The position numbers and the translations under genes are program-made. Below, piece after piece: positions 31,201-41,168 of a stretch of DNA of 64,000 nt. The notes under the pieces were generated by a model. It saw only the letters and a list, made by a program, of their open reading frames with translations, did not search any database and had not been told where the DNA came from. Numbering within the stretch: the first letter of the stretch is position 1; every line of letters begins with the position of its first letter. Source of the stretch: the human T2T-CHM13v2.0 reference genome, Homo sapiens. The stretch lies in NCBI RefSeq assembly GCF_009914755.1, contig NC_060929.1; one strand, written 5' to 3'.

Positions 31201-33859
31201 CTGGATACATTAAGGAAAATAAAATAAAGTATATTAGTAAGATTAATTTCACATGTCCTTGCTTTGTAAAATGTGGCTACTAAAAAATTTTAAATTACAT
31301 ATGTGGATAATATTATATCTCTACTGAACAGCACAGATCTATGGGACAGGAAAGGAAACCAATAATTAACAGGGTTGACAATTAAAGCAACAGAAAGAAG
31401 GTGGCACATGCATTTTATTTTAAGTTTTCCGAGATAGGAAATATTGAATTGGAGATTATTCATATTTTAGGAAAGTAGTGAACGGAGGCAATTAAAAATA
31501 AAAATCTTTTTTTTTTAGCATAAATTCAGTTTAGTGATTAGGAACTTGAGATTTTGCAGCCCATTACCTAATCAGAGACTATTACTACTTACGAAAAAAT
31601 TCTCATGTGTAAATAGTCCCTTTTTCTTTGTAAAAGCTTGACCGAGTATTTTGCTTATGTCTCAGACTGTCATGGGGCCAAGAAGGGCTGGAAGAAGTGG
31701 ATGTTTTTATTTCAATTGATTGCTTTTTGACCCTTTCCTAAGTGACAGGAGGAGTTTCATTCTTTCCTCCTCAATTGATCTTCTCACTGATTGTTTAAAC
31801 AAGTGGACCATATCTTGGTTAGGTAAATCTACAGAAAATAAATGAAGAGTATGTTCTGACCTTAAACAAATGAAGTATTTTTTAAAAATCTTTTTATTAT
31901 AGAGATCCAAATTTATCTGAAGATAATTACCTACCCTAATAGTAATCAATACCTGGCCAATCAGACCCTATTCACATCTACATCCATTTAGCACCTCCCT
32001 CCATCCCATATATTTAAATCCCAGATATCATACCATTTTATCTATAAACATTTCAGTATGTATTTCAGAAAATAAGGACTCTTTGTATAAAAAAACAAGG
32101 CTACAATAGCATTATCATACCTAAAAAGTAATTCTTGATTAATAAACCTTTGGTAGCATCAAATCTGCTCAGTGTAAAAAAATTTACTGGAATATTTTCA
32201 TGGTGATTAAATGCAGATTAATACCAGGCTCTGAAACTTACATAGTTTTATGATATGCCATAAATAATTTACCTTTTCATGTTTCAATATATGAATTTTG
32301 ATCATCTTCTCATGCTGATTTCTGAGAAAATAAAAATAGAATCAAATTGTTATCTTATTATGTCCCTCTGATTATAATACTCCTTGGCAATATAAAAATA
32401 TTTTGTAACACAATTTATCCCTTAGGAACAAACTGAATTACCATTATGATTATTAACCACTAGATGCCACAGTTGCTTCACACAAATGAAATTAACTCAG
32501 CCTTGATCTGTCAAGAAAAAATGATAACATTCAAAATAGCTTAGTAAAATCCTGATTCAAAGTGTCAGTACAAGCCTAATCTTGATTATACCTTGTAACA
32601 GAAGCATAAACTGAACATTCATGTATATATTGACCTTTTACTTTCATAAATGATCAAAGAATGATTCCACCCTTTAAAGTCACTTGCGCCTTTTCTGTGA
32701 TTTTAAAGTTATTAGTAACCTTTTCCAATTAGTTTTAATATCTAATGTAGTCCCATTAGAGCAGTTTGCTCAAAGACTCTCTGCTAAGTATAGCAGACTT
32801 TGTCTTGGGGTGGTTGACATTAAAGTCTTTCCAAAGCCACAGGAACACAATCTCTACAAGAAGAAATCTGTCTTCACTGTGAATCCAGATGATACCTTAT
32901 GTTCCAGTAGCTACAGCTCAGAGAAGGTGGCAAATAATTCATATGTTACTGTAGTCTAATATGGACATATTTGAAATAGTTAAAGGGTTTAGGAAAGACA
33001 GAAAATCAGTTTTGTAATTTTCTTTGTAAACTATTATAATTTTAGAAGGATTTTATTATTGCTTTTTTCTCAAAATCCACTATAGAGGTGCTTCACAGAG
33101 ATTTTATGAGATGGTTCACAAGTATACTTATTGGCACATTCTTGCTTAGATAAGAACAGCAACTATATGAGACATTTTTTCCAGAGTTATTATTATAGAA
33201 TTACCTATATTTGTGTATTCTTTCCTCTAACACAGTATATAGATTTTTATTATATTTTGGTATGCAATTATGTTTATTTTTCTTCAATGTTAGTTCCATG
33301 AAAATTTCCTCCTCAACAACCCTTACATCCAATTGACATTTTTAAAAATTATTCCTATAACTTATTACTTAATGTTTTGAAAATAAAAAAGTGAGTTCTT
33401 GATAGAGATTTCCCAGAAAATTACCTCCTCTAAAAGTCATGTATCTTCAGAACTAAAGTGAGATGAGAAAATTACTTCACTGACTTTGGGAAACGCCCAC
33501 AAATAACACCCACAAATAACAGGAATCTGAATACATATAAAATTAAATTTACATAAAAATCTTTTCCCAAAGCTTCTACTTATTACAAATAAGGAAAGGG
33601 GCAGACACTGTGCAGGAAGAAAAAAAAAAGAGGCTTGTTTTTTCCCTTCTATTCTCAAGTGATGAGGTCACTTCAATAAAGATTTAAATGTTTTCTCTAA
33701 TTCTACCCTTGTCCCACTGCAGTTTATTTTCTCCCCATAGGAGCTAGAATGATCTTTGTAAACAATAAATAAAAACCAGATCACTACTCTACACAACAGC
33801 TTCATTGTCACTCGGAATAAAAGCCAAAGTCTTTATGAATGTCTGCAAGGATCTATATA

Positions 33860-34140
33860 TGCACTGTCCAATATGGTAGTCCCTAGCCACTTGTGTCTAT
33901 TGAACATTGGAAATGTGGCTAGTTTGAATTCAGGTGTGCTGTAAGTGATGAGCACACAATGGTTTTGAAAAATTAGTACTAATAAAAAGGATGTAAAATA
34001 TCTCCCGATATTTTGGGTATATTAAGTTGAATAAAAAGTATGAAAATCAATTTCACCTGTTTTTAAATGAGGCTTCTAGAAAAAAATTAAATTATATATC
34101 TTGCAGTTGTGGCTCACATTATAATTCTATTCAGCACTGA
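33860..34140. mobile_element. MER3/MER33-like hAT MITE
   Basis: GCACTGTCCAATATGGTAGTCCCTAGCCACTTGTG ... TCTATTCAGCACTG terminal inverted repeats. Confidence 0.75.
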
Positions 34141-34474
34141 CCTAAATTATCAACAAGTCATCCGCTTCCTCCTTTTTCCAATCTACTTTGGCCTCTGCTG
34201 CGTCTCAATATGCCATGTCTGTGTCAAAGACTTGTGTTAGCTACTCCTTCTCCTTGAAAAGTATTATTTCAGATATCTTCAGGATTAGTTTCCTCACTTT
34301 TTTCTGTTTTCTGCTAAAAGTATCAGAAAGAACTTTCCTGACGTATCAGTTTTAAGTGGCCTCACCCAACACATAATACACTCACTATCCTTCTCTTTTT
34401 TTTAAATAAACACTTACACCGACATATTACAGATATTTCTTTATATGTAAAAATACTTCATATACACACATGCA

Positions 34475-34477
<3 letters not shown>

Positions 34478-34509
<32 letters not shown>
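34478..34509. repeat. (GT)16 microsatellite
   Basis: Directly visible. Confidence 0.95.
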
Positions 34510-34512
<3 letters not shown>

Positions 34513-35356
34513 CTCCTCTTAGAATACAAGTCCCATGAAGTCAGGACTTTGTTTTGTCTACGTTTTTTTTCTCAGTGATAGTGTCTGCCTCACAGTACAT
34601 ACTAAATAAGTATCTGTTAAATAAATGAAAAGATGAAATGTAATAAAAATAAGATGATAGATACCATGAGAGAGACGTTTTAGCATAAGGGAAGGGATTA
34701 GAAAATGAGAACATTTCCCAAGTGTTTACAATGAACTAAACATTATGTTAAGCACTTCATATAGTATATTAATAAAGCCTCACAGAAATGAATTTACAGA
34801 TGAGAAATCAAAAACTTAGAATTTTCACAACTTGCCCAAGGTCACTTGTCTCATATGTAATATCACTTCAATGATTTCATTTTATCTGAATCTTTTCTAG
34901 TGCCTTCCCTGACTCCCATACTAAATTAGATGCTCTTATAAATATTCTCAGAGTACTCTGTATTTCTATTCATATCATTTATCACCATTGTAATTCATTT
35001 CCTAGTGTGATGTTTAATGTGTCTTCTTCAATGCACTATAAGCTTCATGATGGGAAGCACTGAATAGTTTGTTGACATCTCCATGTCCAGAGCCTTCCAC
35101 CTTGTCTAATGTTTAATCTCTAATATACACTTGTTGAATAAGTGAATGAAATTAACTTCCTCTCCAAATATTCCAAACAGTTGATGAATTGGGTTATTTA
35201 TGCCCAATGAGAATTAATGATTTTGTAGATCAACAATATGAATGGCATCCATTACCATAAAGCCCAGTTGAATACTGCAGGGGAGAGGGTACTGGTGTGT
35301 AGGTGGACTTATTTGTCCTTTACTGTTGACCATATGCAATAGGAAATCCTCTGTAA

Positions 35357-35556
35357 ATGTGCTGTCCTACATGGTAACCCCTAGCCACATGGGGCTATTT
35401 AAATAAAAAGTAATTAAAATTAAATAAAATGAAAATTCATTTCTTCAATCACACTAGTCACCTTTCAATGCTCCATAATTTTATGTGGCTACTGTCTTAT
35501 CAGCACAAATAAAAAAAAATTTCCATTATAGCGAAAGTTCTATTGAATAGTACTAT
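35357..35556. mobile_element. MER3/MER33-like hAT MITE
   Basis: GTGCTGTCCTACATGGTAACCCCTAGCCACATGGGGCTATTTAAAT ... GAAAGTTCTATTGAATAGTACT. Confidence 0.7.
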
Positions 35557-37306
35557 TCTAGAAATTTTAAAATGCCTTTGACGATTTAAAAATCAGAAGG
35601 GGCCTGTTTGACTAGCTTTGTATTCTAACTAAAATTTAACTTTGAGAGAGCCCAGTAATCTGTATTCCCAAGTGTCTCTGGGAAAAACCTAGACATGGAA
35701 AAGGAGCTTCATTGTCCAGCAGATGAAACATTTAGTCAGACGTGCTCATGCACAGCCAGGGACCGGTGTGGAAAGAACCATTCCTCCAAAGGCTCCAGGC
35801 AGGCCTAGTGTTCCAGGGACGCTGCCAGCACCTCGCTGGATCGAGCCATTATGTCTAATGCCATTCAATACCATCCCTTTGCGTTTGATGTCTAAAACAG
35901 AAGACTGAAATTTGAAGAGAAGGAAGTACTTGGGATGCCAAATGCACCCCAGACTATAGCTTTATGCACAACCTTTAGAGAGAAATTTGTTAATGCTCCC
36001 TTCTTCAAAAATCATATACCTTCAGGTAATTTCTTCCTAACGTAACTAAGGCACAATGATTTTGGCCAATACAGCTTAACTTTTTTTGAGATTCTGTTGC
36101 TGGACAATTTTCCTCCCTCATTGGAGAGGTAAAATTTTCCTGTCTTTGCCTTAGAAAATAAAACGGTTCATAGGCAAGAATAAAAATCATATCCTCCATT
36201 TTATTTTTTGATTAAGTTCACTTATTTTGTGGGGGTAAGAATTTCTTTCGTTTGGATCTTCAGGGTATTGGCCCTGTGAATGTGTGCCCATTTCTCCACT
36301 ATTTGCCAGTCCCACTGAGCCAATCTTCTACCAAGACTGAAAATAGACCATAGTTCTCATTTCTTGAACAGATATCATCAGGAGAGCCGAGGGGGAGACC
36401 ATTAGGCAGCCCCACATTTTCCAACTCAACAGGTGGAGGACATGGGATTTTTACGTTCTTTGGGGATTGAACCCCCACACACCACCAACTCCCTTAGCCT
36501 TTCAGGATAAGTATTTCCAATCCCTCAGAGATTTTCTTAGGAGAGACCCTAACGACAATGGTGCTTCTGTGAAGGACTGAGGAGAGCTGGTGGACGATGC
36601 AGGTAGGAGGGAAGTTAGGCTGGGAGGAGAGGTGCTGGGATGGGACGTTTGGTTTCCTGACAAGTGACCGACTAGAGAGAGAAGGCGCGGAGTGGCAGCG
36701 GTAAGAACAACGTGGAAAGGACGGAAAACGCGAAGAGTGGCGCCCTGGCGGACCTGGGGCGGGGCAGAGTGGTAAGGGTCACGCCAGGACGTACCCGGCT
36801 GTGGGCCGGGGGAGGAGAGCACGGTGGGACAGCAACGAACTTGCTGGGGGCTCCCGGACCCGAGCTCCGCCGATGAGGTCAGCGGAGCCTAGGCGCCGGG
36901 AGGAGGCCAGTAGAGCCCCCAGACACGAGTGTCGGGAGGCCAGCGGAGGGGCGGGACGGGACGGGAAATGGGACGAAGAGCAAGAGCTGGGGGAGGAGGG
37001 AAGAGGGGGCGTCGGCGCTGCAAGCCGGAGGCGGCCCGACAGGGATCGTTTCCTTCCGGAGAGGAGGCCGGCTCTGGACTGAGGCGCGGACGGGGGGCGT
37101 CCAAGGGCGGGTGACGGGGAAATACCGCGGCCCGCGCTTCTCTCCGGCTGGCAGCGGTGCCGCCTGCGGCTCCTCCTCCGGGCCAGCTCGGAGCCCGGCG
37201 GCGGGGGGAGCGGGAGGCGGGAGTGAGGGCGGGGGCTCGGGAAGGAGGGAGGAGGGAGGGCCCAGGCGCGCCACTGACAGGGTGGCAGCCTAGGAGCGGA
37301 CGCGTT

Positions 37307-37388
37307 GCCGCCGCCGCTGCTCCTCCTCCTCCTCCTGCAGCTCCTCCAGCTGCCGCTGCTGCCGCCGCTGCCGCCACCGCCGCCGCCG
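37307..37388 (+). repeat. Compound CCG/CTG/CCT trinucleotide tract in the probable 5' UTR
   Basis: GCCGCCGCCGCTGCTCCTCCTCCTCCTCCTGCAG...GCCGCCACCGCCGCCGCCG. Confidence 0.85.
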
Positions 37389-37637
37389 GGAGAAGTTTCA
37401 CTCCCGACCCTTGCTCGGAGCCCCGGCCCAGAGCTGAGCGGGAGCCCGGCAGGCAGCTGCAGCCCGCGGCAGTCGAGGCGTCCGCGGCGCTTCGACCTCC
37501 AGCCGGTGTCGGCGCCTAGGCGGCCGGCTGCGGCCGCGGCTGGGGGCGCAAAGGCGGAGGAGGGGCGGGTGTGAGCCGGGGAAACCGCGTGCCGCGCCGC
37601 GACAGCCCAGCGAGCGTCCGCGCCCGGGACAGCCGCG

Positions 37638-38439
37638 ATGGCTGTGCGCTCTCGCCGCCCGTGGATGAGCGTGGCATTAGGGCTGGTGCTGGGCTTCACC
37701 GCCGCGTCCTGGCTCATCGCCCCCAGGGTGGCGGAGCTGAGCGAGAGGAAGAGACGTGGCTCCAGCCTCTGCTCCTACTACGGTCGCTCTGCTGCTGGCC
37801 CCCGCGCCGGCGCTCAGCAGCCGCTCCCCCAGCCCCAGTCCCGACCACGGCAGGAGCAGTCGCCGCCCCCCGCGCGCCAGGATCTCCAGGGGCCACCGCT
37901 GCCCGAGGCAGCACCCGGGATCACCAGTTTTCGAAGCAGCCCCTGGCAGCAGCCACCTCCGCTGCAGCAGCGGCGGCGAGGACGCGAGCCTGAGGGCGCG
38001 ACGGGGCTTCCCGGTGCTCCAGCGGCCGAGGGGGAGCCCGAGGAGGAGGACGGGGGCGCGGCTGGGCAGCGGAGAGACGGCCGGCCGGGGAGTAGCCACA
38101 ACGGCAGCGGGGACGGGGGCGCTGCCGCCCCGAGCGCCCGACCCCGGGACTTCCTGTACGTGGGGGTGATGACCGCGCAGAAGTACCTGGGCAGCCGCGC
38201 GCTGGCCGCGCAGCGGACCTGGGCGCGTTTCATCCCGGGCCGCGTGGAGTTCTTTTCCAGCCAGCAGCCCCCCAACGCCGGCCAGCCCCCGCCACCCCTG
38301 CCTGTCATCGCGCTACCGGGTGTGGACGACTCCTATCCTCCCCAGAAAAAGTCCTTCATGATGATCAAGTACATGCACGACCACTACCTGGACAAGTATG
38401 AGTGGTTCATGCGCGCCGACGACGATGTCTACATCAAAG
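37638..38439 (+). CDS. CHSY3: Chondroitin sulfate synthase 3, coding exon 1 (802 nt): type II signal anchor, Pro/Gly-rich stem, start of the Fringe-like GT31 domain
   Basis: Strong Kozak GCCGCGATGG; MAVRSRRPWMSVALGLVLGFTAASWLI...FLYVGVMTAQKYL...WFMRADDDVYIK with DxD motif, recognised as CHSY3; donor AAG|GTGACC at 38440, phase 1. Confidence 0.97.
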
Positions 38440-40884
38440 GTGACCTCCCTGCGCCGGCTTTCCAGCCTGCCAGTCTCCCCGACTCCTTTCTCTGTAACCG
38501 GTCCTAGCCCCTGCCCAGCCCCTCCGCTGCTTCTCTGCCAGCACGTGCTTCGGGCTCCCACAGGCCCTGGCCCGCCCTCCCCACCCCTTGCATCCGCCCA
38601 CAATTCGTAGCCCGTTCCTCGTCTTCTGCAATCTGGACCCTCCTCACACCTGCCTGGCTTTATTCGCCTTCCTCACTTGCTGTTTTCGGTGCCGCCTCGC
38701 GCTTGTCCCTTAGTCTTTACCTCGTCGGAGAGGTTAGAAAAGGAACCTTAGAGCTAAACCAAAGGCCATTCCCACTCTGCCCTCCTCTGAAAGCCCCTGC
38801 TGATGGTAGTTTCCCCAATCGGTCCAGAGGGGCGTGGTCTTCAGGAAGGGAAGACGGAGGATGCTAGCTACAACTAGTCTGGAGATCCAGTGTTCTGGCT
38901 TTGGATCTTGCTCTTTTGTTTAAACTGGATCTAGCGCACTTTTGGAACTGCTCAGATTGAGGAATCGTCTTCGCTGTCCCGGACCCTTTCCTATGTGTTC
39001 CCTTCCCTTTGGCTCAACTCTCCACATACTGGGAGTCCTTGGCCATCCCCACCGTGCCAGCGCGCTGCTCCTTCCAGCCGCTACAGTTCAGCACCAAGCC
39101 GTCCCCCATCCCCCCGCCACACCTCAATAAAACCCTGAGAGGATGGGCATGTTGTAAGGAATTGGTGGTGGGGGAAAAGAGGAAAGCACCCGCTAATAAG
39201 CCAGACCCCTGGGAACAGCAGACTGTACTAGCACACACTAGTATTGGTTCCTTTCCAGTGCATTTTGTTGGCCGCGGTGATAAGCAGAGGCTGGAAGTCC
39301 TTCCCAGAACCACAGGCAGCCACAGCAAGAAAAAACTTTTTTTGTCAGTTTAAAAGAGGCGCGGTCTTTTTCCCGGAATGTGGGCGGCTCTGGACAGAGA
39401 ATTTCTAAACTCAGCGGATCAAAGTTCTTTAGGTCAGAGAAGTGAATCTTTCCAGTCCAGCCAGTTGCTGAGATGGGGAGCAACGCAAGGGAAGCAGCAG
39501 GGTTGTACCGAATGAGGTTTCTCTGTGTTTTCCACATTTCCTTGCTTCCCGGTCAAAGGGGGGCAGCCCTTCCTTATTTTATGCCTTTCTACTCGTAGCC
39601 TCATTGCTTCCTCCTGATTCGGATAGTACTTTTCACATAATGCAAGAAAAACGAACAAAAAGCCAAACAATAAACCCAAACTGTTGCATTTTGGCACAAG
39701 GAATTAGTGTAATCATAATAACTAGAGATTTCTTGGCTTTGGATTGGAAGGAGGGAAGTCACTCTAGAGCAGGTTGGAATAGAAAATACTGATAATTGGA
39801 TATAAAAATAAAGAATGGTCTCATTACATTTTTAACAGTGGTATTTAGGATTGACTCAAAGAAGAAAGCTTCCTCTACTTTAAGTTCCTTGCCTTGGATA
39901 TCTCAAAATTACAAAGGTTTCCTGGCAGAAGTTTGCCACATTTTGCAGGGAATTTATAAAATGCATTAACAGCACCTACTTCTTTCATTTGTTTTAATAC
40001 TTTGAAAGATTGTCCTTCAGAACATTAAAATGACATATTATTTCAATTTCTATTAAGAATGAAATGTGTTTTGAATTAAGAATCCAATAATAGCTGAAAC
40101 TCATTGAGATACACGGGGCAAGGCATGGGATCAAGATAATGACTGCAGATGCTGTGCTCATCAAAAATGGTAGTAAAGATGCTGACTGGGAATATGAAGA
40201 AGGTGACTCTCTACTTATTCCAATGTATCACTTGGAATACCAAGTGCTTCTCAACTGTTTTAGCTGCAAAATTTTATTTTTAAACGTTTTTTCTGAACTT
40301 AACAAACTGCAAGTGAAACCAATTACACTAATTTTTGACAAACTTTTTTCTAAAAAGGTGCCTTCCCAAGTTAAATTTCAAGACAGGTTTGATTCAAACA
40401 TCCTCCAAAACTGTGCGGGTTGTATATGACTGAAGTTTAGTTAATGACAAAACACTGAACTAAACCAATTATGAGTAAAAAATAATTATTAGGTATTAAG
40501 AGTCAGCCAAAACAATGCTAAATACCAGTATTTAATATTATTTTATATTCCTGGGAACTTCTTGTTACTTCAAATGTACTAAGAAACCTGTCTTTACTTT
40601 CCTTGTCATTATTTCACTTTTTACAGAAAATTGATGATTGTCAGAGCTGTTAAGGTTTTTCAGTGACCTTAACCAGAAGCTGGTACAATTTTAATATGTT
40701 TAAATTAATAACTATGAATTAGTCTTTTAAAAATAATAGAGTATTGGAAGAGGCTTTTTCTTCTTTTCAGTTGTGTAAGACTGAGGATTTTAAGCACAAT
40801 GTTGAAAGTTCTGTCCCTTACCTTGTACATGATAAGTGATTATGAAATAAGGAGACATAGTAATTGTTGCCTTTCTTTTTGTAG

Positions 40885-41168
40885 GTGATAAATTAGAAGA
40901 GTTTCTTAGATCGCTAAACAGCAGTAAGCCTCTCTACCTGGGACAGACTGGCCTGGGGAATATTGAAGAGCTTGGAAAGCTGGGACTGGAGCCTGGGGAA
41001 AACTTCTGTATGGGAGGACCTGGCATGATCTTTAGCCGAGAAGTTCTCAGGAGGATGGTGCCACATATTGGTGAATGCCTTAGAGAAATGTACACGACTC
41101 ATGAGGATGTGGAAGTAGGAAGATGCGTTCGCCGTTTTGGTGGGACTCAGTGTGTCTGGTCTTACGAG
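40885..41168 (+). CDS. CHSY3: Chondroitin sulfate synthase 3, exon 2 (284 nt)
   Basis: Acceptor CTTTCTTTTTGTAG|, donor GAG|GTAAGC; in frame with exon 1: (G)DKLEEFLRSLNSSKPLYLGQTG...CMGGPGMIFSREVL...HEDVEVGRCVRRFGGTQCVWSYE; 802+284=1086 nt (362 codons); not reported in the ORF track. Confidence 0.97.

Larger units (their letters stand above)
33690..34630 (+). mobile_element. L2 3' fragment carrying a MER3/MER33-like insertion and a TG microsatellite
   Basis: CCCACTGCAGTTTATTTTCTCCCC...CAGATCACTACTCT; terminus CACAGTACATACTAAATAAGTATCTGTTAAATAAATGAA. Confidence 0.65.
36640..38720. promoter_or_regulatory. CHSY3: CpG island / TATA-less promoter and first exon of CHSY3
   Basis: Abrupt switch to very high GC and CpG density; GC boxes (GGGGCGGGGC at 36756-36765, GGGCGG near 37105 and 37227); exact TSS cannot be determined from sequence. 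Confidence 0.9.

Noticed and set aside
32457-32471. CTCF-like motif CCACTAGATGCCAC
   Set aside because: It mismatches a highly constrained G of the core (GGC is GCC here) and cannot be supported without ChIP data.
37638-38507. The 289-aa ORF as the complete protein
   Set aside because: CHSY3 similarity continues in exon 2 after the donor at 38440; the tail DLPAPAF... is intron read-through.
36801-38631. Many overlapping ORFs on both strands in the CpG island
   Set aside because: Expected from stop-codon scarcity in very GC-rich DNA; low-complexity peptides, often with non-ATG starts.
40914-41102. Minus-strand 62-aa ORF over exon 2
   Set aside because: Antisense shadow of the coding exon, with no independent support.
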